Positions 36,472 through 44,895 of a stretch of 64,000 nt of DNA are shown here, in pieces. Positions within the stretch are counted from its first letter, which is position 1, and the number at the start of each line of letters is the position of its first letter. This DNA is from Firmicutes bacterium ADurb.Bin193 (lineage in GTDB: Bacteria > Bacillota > Clostridia > Monoglobales > Firm-18), in NCBI GenBank assembly GCA_002070105.1, contig MWCQ01000006.1:35651-99650 (forward strand), written 5' to 3'. Position numbers and translations under genes: made by a program. Under the pieces are notes generated by a model that saw nothing but the letters and a program-made list of their open reading frames with translations, had not been told where the DNA came from and ran no database searches.

Positions 36472-36888
36472 TTAATCATCGGATGTGTTAGTAAGCCTTT
36501 CCAGATCACCGTCAAGCCTTGTGATAAGCTGTGAGATGCTTACCCTTAAATCCGCAGCGTTTTTCTTCAGAAGCCTTAGCTTTTCCTTCTCGCGCTCAAT
36601 CTCCTCGGCAACCTTTTCTCTTTGTAATGCCGCGGATTTCCTCGCCTCTTCTATAATAATGTCCGCCTGCTCGCCCGCCCTGATTAAAGCACGCGCTATG
36701 CTGTCTTTGGACAACTCATACTCCTCTTTAATCTTTTGGAGGTTTTCCGACTCTTTTTTTAACATTCCAAGCTCGGAGTAAAGCTTTTCAAGCTCTGAAG
36801 AGAATTCTTTTGAAGCGTTTTCTATGTATGCGGTTACTTCGCTTTTTTTGTATCCGAACAAAGATGTGCCGAAAACTTTTCGATTCAT
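36472..36888 (-). CDS. DivIVA-domain coiled-coil protein
   Basis: N-terminal F....FGYKKSEVTAYIE (DivIVA-like F..GY...EV) followed by a long coiled coil. Confidence 0.5.
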   Translation of the reverse strand: MNRKVFGTSLFGYKKSEVTAYIENASKEFSSELEKLYSELGMLKKESENLQKIKEEYELSKDSIARALIRAGEQADIIIEEARKSAALQREKVAEEIEREKEKLRLLKKNAADLRVSISQLITRLDGDLERLTNTSDD

Positions 36889-37007
36889 CCCTTTACGCCC
36901 CCTTATCTTTTATATTTTACACAATTTTATACCCTTTCGTCAACCTTTTTAACAAACATGTGGAAAAAAATTGTCCATTATGGTATAATCATATCGGTGA
37001 TTTTTTT

Positions 37008-38117
37008 ATGAAACCTGTAATTCAAAACCTGAAAAAATACGATTTTATAATGCTATTTTGCGCTTTATCGGCTTCACTTTTGGGAATGCTGTTTGTTTAT
37101 AGTGCAACCAAAAGCTTCGACGAGCATCTTAAATATATCGTCGTACAGGGAGGGGCTTTTCTTATCGGGCTTTTTGGCATGTATATCATTGCCAAAATAG
37201 ATTATGAGGATCTTGCGGGAGTCTGGCCGTTTTTTGCAGGGGTCGGGGTTTTTATGCTCGTTCTTGTTTTGTTTATCGGTACGGGAGGTGAGTCAACGGG
37301 AACAAAGGGATGGATTCGCTTTGCCGGAGTGGGTATTCAGCCTGCGGAACTTGCAAAGGTTTTCTTTATTATTACGCTTTCCAAGCATCTTTACCATATA
37401 GGCAACGATGTAAACTATGTTAAAAATGTTATATTTTTGGCGCTTCACCTTTCCGTTCCCGTAGGTCTTGTCATTCTTCAGCCCGATATGGGAACGGCGC
37501 TTGTATATATTTTTATTTTTGTCGTTATGGTTTTTGTTGCGGGAATTGATATAAGATACATTATAGGTGCACTAACCGCATTTTCGGCGTTTTCCGTTGC
37601 GGCGTGGTATTTTTTGCTCTCGCAATACCAGAGGGAACGGTTTTTTGCGTTTTTGAATCCCGAGGCATCGCCCGGAGATTACGGGTATCATGTTATGCAA
37701 AGCAAAATTGCCATAGGCTCCGGGCAGATTGCCGGAAAGGGTCTTTTCCAAGGTATACAGACTCAGCTTGGCTATCTTCCAGCAAAGCAGACCGATTTTA
37801 TTTATGCTGTTATCGGCGAGGAAGCGGGACTTGTGGGATGTGTAATTGTTCTTATACTTCTTATGTCGCTTATAGCAAGGAGCGTTTATATCGGCAAAAA
37901 CGCAAGAACCATGCTTGGAACATACCTCTGCACGGGCGTGGCGGCTATGTGGCTTTTTCATACTTTTGAAAACATCGGTATGACTGTCGGACTTACCCCC
38001 GTTACAGGTATTCCTCTCCCGTTTTTAAGCTATGGAGGCTCGTCGCTTGTTACCAACCTTATGGCCCTCGGACTTGTGCTTAATGTCAGAATGAGAAAAA
38101 GAACCATTAACTTTTAA
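37008..38117 (+). CDS. rodA: SEDS-family peptidoglycan glycosyltransferase (FtsW/RodA/SpoVE)
   Basis: 10-TM protein with RFAGVGIQPAELAKV, QSKIAIGSGQ..GKG, TDFIYAVIGEE and PLPFLSYGGSS motifs. ATG at 37008; the upstream part of the track ORF overlaps the opposite-strand gene. rodA versus ftsW cannot be resolved. Confidence 0.85.
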   Translation: MKPVIQNLKKYDFIMLFCALSASLLGMLFVYSATKSFDEHLKYIVVQGGAFLIGLFGMYIIAKIDYEDLAGVWPFFAGVGVFMLVLVLFIGTGGESTGTKGWIRFAGVGIQPAELAKVFFIITLSKHLYHIGNDVNYVKNVIFLALHLSVPVGLVILQPDMGTALVYIFIFVVMVFVAGIDIRYIIGALTAFSAFSVAAWYFLLSQYQRERFFAFLNPEASPGDYGYHVMQSKIAIGSGQIAGKGLFQGIQTQLGYLPAKQTDFIYAVIGEEAGLVGCVIVLILLMSLIARSVYIGKNARTMLGTYLCTGVAAMWLFHTFENIGMTVGLTPVTGIPLPFLSYGGSSLVTNLMALGLVLNVRMRKRTINF

Positions 38118-38118
38118 C

Positions 38119-38147
38119 TTGACAAACCGATACTGTGATATTAAAAT
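38119..38147 (+). promoter_or_regulatory. putative promoter of tRNA-Arg
   Basis: TTGACA (38119-38124), 17 nt, TAAAAT (38142-38147). Confidence 0.5.
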
Positions 38148-38190
38148 ATATTGGTAGACCAACCCTAATAATTTGTTTATCAATATATTC

Positions 38191-38265
38191 GCCCCCATAG
38201 TACAAGGGATAGTACAAGCCCCTCCTAAGGGTTAGATACATGTTCGAGTCATGTTGGGGGTGCCA
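38191..38265 (+). tRNA. tRNA-Arg (anticodon CCT), CCA encoded
   Basis: Hand-folded cloverleaf: GCCCCCA|TA|GTAC|AAGGGATA|GTAC|A|AGCCC|CTCCTAA|GGGTT|AGAT|ACATG|TTCGAGT|CATGT|TGGGGGT|G|CCA. Confidence 0.85.
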
Positions 38266-38292
38266 GAAAAAGCCGCCGAAAGGCGGCTTTTC
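38266..38292 (+). terminator. intrinsic terminator directly after tRNA-Arg
   Basis: aaaaagccgcc-gaaa-ggcggcttttc. Confidence 0.7.
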
Positions 38293-38295
38293 AAC

Positions 38296-38460
38296 GAAGT
38301 TTGCCCTGTCGGGCAAGTGAAGCAGCTTTCGCTGTGAAGCTGCCTTCGGCAATGAAGTGTGCCCCGAGGGCACATTAGGGCTAACTTCGCTTCATATTCG
38401 CAAAGCGAATACTTCACTACGGAGTAACTTCATTTCGCGCAAAGCGCGATACTTCACTTA
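38296..38460. repeat. array of six short GC-rich hairpins separated by GAAG / CTTC words
   Basis: Hairpins ttgccc/gggcaa, cagc/gctg, tgcc/ggca, tgtgccc/gggcaca, attcgc/gcgaat and tcgcgc/gcgcga. The left units are followed by (g)tgaag; the right units are flanked by acttca(c/t). Confidence 0.6.
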
Positions 38461-38563
38461 CAAAGTATAAATTTTGTGTTATATTGAAAGCAAAGAGAAA
38501 AACGCCCTGTTCTAAAACGGGGCGTTGTTGTTTTGCGCTGTTAAATTACCCAAAAGAGGGAAT

Positions 38564-38833
38564 TTATTTGCTGTTTGCAAAACATTCGCTGCAAAGAATC
38601 GGACGGTCGTTTCTCGGCTTGAAAGGAACGATTGCTTCTTTGCCGCATTCTGCACATGTGGTGGAGTGCATTTCTCTTGATGCTCTTATCGCATCCTTCC
38701 TCGCCACTCGGCAGTCTTTGCATCGGGTCGGCTCATTTTGAAAGCCCTTCTCTGCATAGAATTCCTGTTCTCCTGCGGTAAAAACAAATTCATTTCCGCA
38801 GTCCTTGCAGCTTAGTGTTTTGTCTTCGTACAT
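38564..38833 (-). CDS. zinc-ribbon protein (two CxxC...CxxC units)
   Basis: CKDCGNEF...CKDCR and CAECGKEA...CSEC. ATG at 38833 follows a GAGGG RBS. The longer track ORF would run over a tRNA-like sequence. Confidence 0.7.
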   Translation of the reverse strand: MYEDKTLSCKDCGNEFVFTAGEQEFYAEKGFQNEPTRCKDCRVARKDAIRASREMHSTTCAECGKEAIVPFKPRNDRPILCSECFANSK

Positions 38834-38968
38834 TTCTAAATCCCTCACTTTGATAATTTTCTTGCCACGACCGGATTTGCACCAGTTTCTCTGTTTTATA
38901 CGCAGCACTCTATCTACTATGAGCTACGTGGGCTATATTGTTCAGCCCGGCATATACCCGAACTGATA

Positions 38969-39042
38969 TGGAGCGGATAACGAGGATCGAACTCGCACAG
39001 CCGGCTTGGGAAGCCGGTACTCTACCATTGAGCTATATCCGC
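38969..39042 (-). tRNA. tRNA-Gly (anticodon CCC), CCA encoded
   Basis: Hand fold: GCGGATA|TA|GCTC|AATGGTA|GAGT|A|CCGGC|TTCCCAA|GCCGG|CTGT|GCGAG|TTCGATC|CTCGT|TATCCGC|T|CCA. Confidence 0.9.
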
Positions 39043-39069
39043 TTATGTTCGCCCGAAGAATAAGCGGCG

Positions 39070-39726
39070 CTAATTCATCTTTATTTTCCTTACCCTCCCC
39101 AACTTTCTCTTAATGCGCTGAAGAGCATTGTCAACCGACTTAATATGGGCTTTTAATGCAACGGCTATATCCTGATACGAACAGCCGTCAAGATAAAGCG
39201 TTAAAACATCGGTTTCAAAAGGGCTAAGCTCACTTTTTACAACGCGCTCCATCGTAGTTATCTGTTCCTTTAACAAAAGAAGCTCTTCGGGGTCGCACGC
39301 GGATTCCTCCGCCATAACATCAATCAAGGCGCGCTCGGAATCGTCATCATAAAGCGGCTTATTAAGGGAAATATATGTATTTAAGGGGATATGCTTGTTT
39401 CGGGTTGCCGTTTTTATTGCCGTCATAATCTGACGGGTTATACAAAGCTCGGCAAAGGAACTGAACATGGCTTGTTTGGAGGCGTCATAGTCCCTTATTG
39501 CTTTGAAGAGCCCTATCATACCCTCTTGTACTATATCCTCACTGTCTGCGCCTACTAAAAAATATGTCCTTGCCCGTGCGCGGACAAGATTTTTGTAGCG
39601 ACCTATTATTTCATCAAGGGCATTGGCATTACCTTCAGCCGCAAGCCCGACAAGAGCTTCGTCAGACAGACGGTCATCCTTCTTTTCAGAGACATCCCTT
39701 CGTGTGGAGTTCCTGTTGTTGTCCAT
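39070..39726 (-). CDS. sigH: RNA polymerase sporulation-initiation sigma factor SigH
   Basis: ECF-sized sigma-70 protein. Region 2 is DIVQEGMIGLFKAIRDYD, followed by FSSFAELCITRQIMTAIKTATRNKH, which is typical of Spo0H. Region 4 is an HTH. Confidence 0.85.
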   Translation of the reverse strand: MDNNRNSTRRDVSEKKDDRLSDEALVGLAAEGNANALDEIIGRYKNLVRARARTYFLVGADSEDIVQEGMIGLFKAIRDYDASKQAMFSSFAELCITRQIMTAIKTATRNKHIPLNTYISLNKPLYDDDSERALIDVMAEESACDPEELLLLKEQITTMERVVKSELSPFETDVLTLYLDGCSYQDIAVALKAHIKSVDNALQRIKRKLGRVRKIKMN

Positions 39727-39848
39727 TTAGGTCCCACCTTTCAGGGAAACTTCATTATCGCACTAACATTATAGAATTTTTGTGAGTAATTGTCAAGGAA
39801 AATGTTGTGCAAACACATTTTTTTGTGATACAATACTAAAAAGAGGTG

Positions 39849-40637
39849 ATGGTTTTGTATAATACTCTATTCTTGTCGACGGTTTTTTGTGCATTTTTAC
39901 CTTTAATTACTATTTTCGCTTTAACGCCTTATATTGCAAGAAAAGGCACCTGTTTCGGAGTTTTACTTATGGAGGATGTTTCGCAGTCGCCGAGAATCAA
40001 GAGGTTTAAAGCAGTGTATTCGTTTTCGGTCTGCTGTGTGGGCGCTGTTTTTGTTTCGTTTTGCATTGCCTTTGCAACATACGATGTTTTAAGGGTTGCG
40101 CTTATCTCATACAGCATTGCCTGCCTTGCGCTATATCTTGCTTTTAATATGCTTGTCCAAAATATTGTTATGACCGAAAAGCAGGAGAATTTTCAAAAGG
40201 AAATCAATATGACATATCTGCCTGTCACCAGCAGTAAGGGTGTTATTTCGGCGTGGTGGTACGCCCTGTATGCTCCGACTATCGCAGGGGCATGGTATTT
40301 GTCGTGGAACAGTGAAATCGGCTATGTCTATGTATTGCCCTCTGTTATGATTGTTTTCTTTGCCGTTATGCTTTTTATACACTTTTTTATAAAAAACTCA
40401 AGGCAGTACGCATGCAGTAAAAACATGGAGAGGTCGCTTGAGGAAAACCGAAGGGTACGGCGAAGATGGTCTGTATTTGTATTTTTTGCGGGTTTGGTAA
40501 CGCTTTTAATGCTTGGTGTTTTGCAGCTTGGGCTTGTCGAAATTATCAAAAACTCCCTTATCGTTACTTCGGCTCCTTTTGTTGTCACCGTAGGAATTAC
40601 CGCCGCCACGGTTTTTGTCGCATGGAATAATAAATAG
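39849..40637 (+). CDS. integral membrane protein of unknown function
   Basis: About seven hydrophobic segments; no catalytic motif recognised. Start codon uncertain. Confidence 0.5.
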   Translation: MVLYNTLFLSTVFCAFLPLITIFALTPYIARKGTCFGVLLMEDVSQSPRIKRFKAVYSFSVCCVGAVFVSFCIAFATYDVLRVALISYSIACLALYLAFNMLVQNIVMTEKQENFQKEINMTYLPVTSSKGVISAWWYALYAPTIAGAWYLSWNSEIGYVYVLPSVMIVFFAVMLFIHFFIKNSRQYACSKNMERSLEENRRVRRRWSVFVFFAGLVTLLMLGVLQLGLVEIIKNSLIVTSAPFVVTVGITAATVFVAWNNK

Positions 40638-40645
40638 ACTAAATG

Positions 40646-40686
40646 AAAAAACGCCGCGCTTTTTTAAACAAAGCACGGCGTTTTAT
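40646..40686. terminator. bidirectional terminator between convergent genes
   Basis: aacgccg...cggcgtt stem flanked by an A-run and a T-run. Confidence 0.55.
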
Positions 40687-40693
40687 TAACTCG

Positions 40694-41989
40694 TTATTTT
40701 TTTACATATCCCGAATCGGAGATCAGGTTTTGTCCTTCGGGCTGTGTTAACCACTCGATAAGAGCTTTAACCTTGTCGGTCTGCCTCCCCTTTAATGTCA
40801 CCGCATAATAGCTGATTACGATGGGGTATTGCTTTGACTGAATGGTTTCGGGGGAAGGAGCGACTCCGTTCACCGACAGGAGCTTTATGTCGGGGTTTTT
40901 CTTCATCTCGCTCGCATAGTAATAAACCGAATACCCTATTGCGGCGGAGGTGTTTTCATAATTCGCAACCGCATCTATAAGCTCCCCCATTCCGAAAATA
41001 ACCTCCTGAGACGGTGGTTTTGCCATTGTGAGCCCCTTCATCACAACGCTTTCCATTATTGTCTGACTGCCTGCGTTTGCATTGCGCTGATATGCGATTA
41101 TTCTCTCGTCCGCCCCGCCGACATCCTTCCAGTTTTGGATTTTTCCGCTGTATATGTCCTGAATCTGCGACAGGGTAAGAGAGTTTACGGGGTTGTCCTT
41201 ATGCGTCAGAAAAACGAAGGCTTCATTGCAAATCGGGGTTAGTAGGAGCTCTGCGCCCGCCGCCTTTGCAAGCGCAAGCTCTTCCTCGCTTGGCGCGGGG
41301 GTTATGATAAGGTCGCATTTCCCCTCAATAAGATTGACATACGCACCGTGGGTCTTGCTCGATACGGTTACAAGCTCTGCCGTTTTTTTGCCTATTCCCA
41401 ATATTTTTTCATTAATTGCGTTAACAAGAGGTATAACGGAGGTTGAGCAATCGATTTTCGGATAGTCTTTAAGGTTGAACTTTGCAGGGCTAAACTGCTT
41501 CGCCACGGCTTCGTAATTTGTCTCGCCCCCATCGGTAATGCAGATTATACCGCTTTCCGGATACCATGTTACCTTCCTTTCAAGCGCCTGTTCCGCTATT
41601 GCACGAAGCGGAAGGAAGGTTCTTTCCCCGATTAGATCCGGGGGAACATCAAGCGTAAAGGCTTTGACCGCGCCTGCCTTTTCGACCGTCATCTTTGTAT
41701 CGCCGATTTTAAGGGTAACAAGGCTTTTGGCATCGGTCAGCGTTACCGTCCGGGTTTGTTCCTCCCAATAAACATCATAGCCGAATGCCTCCGCAACAAA
41801 ACGCACGGGAACCAGTGTCCTCCCGTCCTTTATTAGCGGGACGACTTCGGGGTTTTTTAGGTCAATAAAGGTCATTTCACCGCTTATAAGCGCACGATTT
41901 TCGTTTATCTTAAGATATGCAAAGTCCGATGCAAACGCCGTAACCGTAAGCGTCGCAAGAGCAATAAGCAGGGAAACAGACCTTTTCAT
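40694..41989 (-). CDS. secreted protein: copper-amine-oxidase-N ('stalk') domain fused to a PstS-like (PBP-like_2) substrate-binding domain
   Basis: Signal peptide; RTLVPVRFVAEAFGYDVYWE / RTFLPLRAIAEQAL stalk repeats. The C-terminal half has LSQIQDIYSGKIQNWKDVGG and R.A.AGSQ motifs of phosphate-binding-type PBPs. Confidence 0.7.
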   Translation of the reverse strand: MKRSVSLLIALATLTVTAFASDFAYLKINENRALISGEMTFIDLKNPEVVPLIKDGRTLVPVRFVAEAFGYDVYWEEQTRTVTLTDAKSLVTLKIGDTKMTVEKAGAVKAFTLDVPPDLIGERTFLPLRAIAEQALERKVTWYPESGIICITDGGETNYEAVAKQFSPAKFNLKDYPKIDCSTSVIPLVNAINEKILGIGKKTAELVTVSSKTHGAYVNLIEGKCDLIITPAPSEEELALAKAAGAELLLTPICNEAFVFLTHKDNPVNSLTLSQIQDIYSGKIQNWKDVGGADERIIAYQRNANAGSQTIMESVVMKGLTMAKPPSQEVIFGMGELIDAVANYENTSAAIGYSVYYYASEMKKNPDIKLLSVNGVAPSPETIQSKQYPIVISYYAVTLKGRQTDKVKALIEWLTQPEGQNLISDSGYVKK

Positions 41990-41995
41990 TTAACA

Positions 41996-43054
41996 TCATA
42001 TCCTTTCGCAAATTAAGCTTCCCATTTCGGTTGTGCCGATTGGGGATTCTCCGTTTGTTGCTATGTCCGCTGTTCTGAAGCCGTCCTCCAAAACGGAGTT
42101 TACCGCCGCATCTATCGCCGCCGCTTCTTCTTTCAGACCAAAGGATATATCAAGCATCATGGCGACGGAGAGAATTGTCGCTATGGGGTTTGCTATGTTT
42201 TTGCCTGCTATGTCGGGCGCGCTTCCGTGAATAGGCTCATACAGCCCTCGGGAACCATCGCCCGTCGACGCCGACGCGAGCATTCCGATTGAGCCGGTTA
42301 TCTGGCTCGCCTCGTCGGACAGTATGTCGCCGAATATATTGCTGGTCAGCATTACATCAAATTGTGAGGGGTTTCGTACAAGCTGCATTGCGGCGTTGTC
42401 TACAAGTATGTTTACAACGGTTATGTCGGGGTAGTCCTTTGCAACCCTCGCAACGGTTTCTCTCCACAGCCTTGAGCTTTCAAGAACATTCGCCTTGTCA
42501 ACGGAGTGGACAATCTTTTTCCTGCCCTGCGCTATTTTGAAGGCAATCCTCGCAATGCGCTCTATCTCCGGAATCGAGTAGCGCTCTGTATCGTATGCGC
42601 TGTCACCCTCACGCCCGCTTTCGCCGAAATATATTCCGCCGGTAAGCTCACGCACCACGACTATGTCAAATCCTTCTGAAATAATCGAATCTTTTAGCGG
42701 CGATGCCTCCGCAAGCGGCTTGTAAACCTTTGCGGGGCGGATATTGGCATAACATTCAAGGCCTGCGCGCAGACCCAAAAGCCCCTGTTCGGGGCGAACC
42801 TTCGCGGTAGGGTCGTCCCACTTCGGTCCGCCTACCGCGCCGAGAAGCACGGCGTCGGCCGCCCTGCACTTTTCAAGACTGAAATCGGGAAGGGCAACGC
42901 CGTACTTGTCTATGGCACAGCCGCCCATCTCGACATATTCCAAATTAAAGATATGTCCGAATTTTTGTTCTATTTTTTTGATAACTTTTACGGCCTGGGC
43001 GATAATTTCCACGCCGATTCCGTCACCCTCTATGACCGCTATGTTTTTTCGCAT
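41996..43054 (-). CDS. leuB: 3-isopropylmalate dehydrogenase
   Basis: [36 protein letters not shown] and [15 protein letters not shown] motifs. Confidence 0.95.
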   Translation of the reverse strand: MRKNIAVIEGDGIGVEIIAQAVKVIKKIEQKFGHIFNLEYVEMGGCAIDKYGVALPDFSLEKCRAADAVLLGAVGGPKWDDPTAKVRPEQGLLGLRAGLECYANIRPAKVYKPLAEASPLKDSIISEGFDIVVVRELTGGIYFGESGREGDSAYDTERYSIPEIERIARIAFKIAQGRKKIVHSVDKANVLESSRLWRETVARVAKDYPDITVVNILVDNAAMQLVRNPSQFDVMLTSNIFGDILSDEASQITGSIGMLASASTGDGSRGLYEPIHGSAPDIAGKNIANPIATILSVAMMLDISFGLKEEAAAIDAAVNSVLEDGFRTADIATNGESPIGTTEMGSLICERI

Positions 43055-43058
43055 GGTT

Positions 43059-43562
43059 CTAATCCACCCCTTCTCCGAGCTTTTTCTTTATATACTCTAT
43101 TTCGCCGCCCGCCTCTATGATTTCACGCATAAATTCGGGGAATGCCTCGGACGAGTAGGATTTGCCGGTGGTTTTATTCAGTATCGTGCCTGCCGAAAGG
43201 TCAACTTCAAGACAGTCACCCTCGCTGATCTCGCTTAGTATTTCATCGCACTCAAGAATCGGAAGGCCGATATTTATTGCGTTTCGGTAGAATATTCTTG
43301 CGAAGGAACGCGCGATTACGCAGGATATTCCGCTTCCCTTTATTGCTATGGGAGCATGCTCTCTTGACGAGCCGCAACCGAAATTATACCCTGCAACCAT
43401 TATATCACCCTTTTGGACTTTGTCAACAAAGGCGGCGTCTATATCCTCCATGCAATGAAGGGCAAGCTCGGCAGGGTCTATTGTGTTAAGATAGCGCGCG
43501 GGGATGATTACATCCGTGTCGATATTGTCGCCGAAAATATGTGTTTTTCCTGTCAGTTTCAT
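43059..43562 (-). CDS. leuD: 3-isopropylmalate dehydratase small subunit
   Basis: [15 protein letters not shown] and [12 protein letters not shown] motifs. Confidence 0.9.
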   Translation of the reverse strand: MKLTGKTHIFGDNIDTDVIIPARYLNTIDPAELALHCMEDIDAAFVDKVQKGDIMVAGYNFGCGSSREHAPIAIKGSGISCVIARSFARIFYRNAINIGLPILECDEILSEISEGDCLEVDLSAGTILNKTTGKSYSSEAFPEFMREIIEAGGEIEYIKKKLGEGVD

Positions 43563-44830
43563 TTTTCTACCTCCTCGGGAGCTGATATTTTCCCAGTTAT
43601 TGCGGATGCCGCCGCAACCGCGGGGCTTGCAAGATATACTTCGCTTTCGGTGTGTCCCATTCGTCCTATAAAGTTTCGGTTTGTTGTCGCCAAGCAGCGT
43701 TCACCCGCGGCAAGTATGCCCATATGTCCGCCGAGGCACGGTCCGCAGGTCGGCGTGCTTACAGCCGCACCGAACTCAACCATCGTCTTTAAAAGACCCT
43801 CCTCCATTGCCTGAAGATAAATATTTTGCGTGGCGGGGAAAACTATGCAGCGAAGGCCCGGGGCAATCTTTTTGCCCTTCATTATTTTTGCCGCAACACG
43901 AAGGTCCTCTATTCTTCCGTTTGTGCAGGAGCCGATTACAACCTGATCAAGCTTTACCTCGCCGATGTCTTTGACGGTCTTTGTGTTTGACGGAAGATGC
44001 GGGCAGGCTACCGTATAATCAAGAGTTGAAAGGTTAATTTCCACCGTTTGGGCGTAGGGTGCGTCCGCATCGGCTTCAAATACCTCATAGGGCTTGTTTG
44101 AATGGGCGTTTATATACTCCATTGTCTTGTCGTCAACGGGGAAAATACCGTTTTTAGCCCCCGCTTCTATTGCCATATTCGCTATTGTAAAGCGGTCGTC
44201 CATAGAAAGCGAGGCAACACCCTCGCCCGAAAATTCAAGGGACATATACCTTGCGCCGTCAACCCCGATAAGTCCGATTAAGTGAAGGATTACATCCTTG
44301 CCGCTTACATATTTTTGCGGTTTTTCCTTCAATACCACCTTTATCGCATCGGGAACTTTGAACCAAAGCTCGCCCGCCGCCATTCCGGTCGCCATGTCCG
44401 TACTTCCTATACCCGTTGAGAATGCGCCGAGCGCGCCGTAGGTGCAGGTGTGGGAATCTGCGCCGATTACAACATCACCCGCCGTTACAAGACCTTTTTC
44501 GGGTATCAGGGCGTGTTCTATTCCCATTTGACCAACCTCGAAATAATTTTTGATGCCGTACTTTTTGGCAAACTCCCTTACATCCTTCGCCTGCTGTGCC
44601 GACTTTATGTCCTTGTTCGGACAGAAGTGGTCGGGTACAAGGGCTATTTTTTCTCTGTCAAAAACCTTTGAAACCCCGATTTTTTCAAACTCCTTTATAG
44701 CGAGCGGAGATGTTATATCGTTTCCCAAAACAAGGTCAAGCTTTGCGGTTATAAGCTCTCCCGCTTTTACACTTTCCTTTCCCGCCCGTCTTGCCAGAAT
44801 TTTTTGTGTCATGGTCATTGCTGATGCCAT
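43559..44830 (-). CDS. leuC: 3-isopropylmalate dehydratase large subunit
   Basis: Aconitase-family motifs [22 protein letters not shown] and CGPCLG. Confidence 0.9.
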   Translation of the reverse strand: MASAMTMTQKILARRAGKESVKAGELITAKLDLVLGNDITSPLAIKEFEKIGVSKVFDREKIALVPDHFCPNKDIKSAQQAKDVREFAKKYGIKNYFEVGQMGIEHALIPEKGLVTAGDVVIGADSHTCTYGALGAFSTGIGSTDMATGMAAGELWFKVPDAIKVVLKEKPQKYVSGKDVILHLIGLIGVDGARYMSLEFSGEGVASLSMDDRFTIANMAIEAGAKNGIFPVDDKTMEYINAHSNKPYEVFEADADAPYAQTVEINLSTLDYTVACPHLPSNTKTVKDIGEVKLDQVVIGSCTNGRIEDLRVAAKIMKGKKIAPGLRCIVFPATQNIYLQAMEEGLLKTMVEFGAAVSTPTCGPCLGGHMGILAAGERCLATTNRNFIGRMGHTESEVYLASPAVAAASAITGKISAPEEVEK

Positions 44831-44895
44831 TTTTCTACCTCCTTTTATTTAGCGCTTTGTTTGTTATTGTATAGTGAGTGTTTTTGAGTCTTTCT

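Noticed and set aside
36385-36473. Possible small RNA ending at the plus-oriented hairpin gccgcc-ggctttatc-ggcggc+T8 (36445-36473)
   Set aside because: The T-run is only on the plus strand, which is odd for a minus-strand gene context. The candidate plus-strand promoter (TTGTCA-16-TATTAA) is weak and would yield a transcript of only about 55 nt. The same AT-rich DNA is better explained as the minus-strand rsmD promoter plus a stem-loop after the DivIVA-like gene.
36810-37007. N-terminal extension of the rodA track ORF
   Set aside because: It overlaps the DivIVA-like gene on the other strand and the rodA promoter region. The membrane protein clearly begins at MKPVIQNLKKYDF (37008).
38107-38417. 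Track ORFs 38107..38373 and 38232..38417 (minus strand)
   Set aside because: They run antisense across tRNA-Arg, its terminator and the hairpin array. Peptide strings such as WHPQHDSNMYLTLRRGLYYPLYYGG are the typical signature of translating a tRNA complement.
44831-44895. Looked for a T-box or leader-peptide attenuator upstream of leuC, and likewise upstream of ilvE (20385..20501)
   Set aside because: The intergenic spaces (about 65 and 115 nt) are too short for a T-box, and no specifier or anti-terminator pattern or Leu-rich leader ORF was visible.
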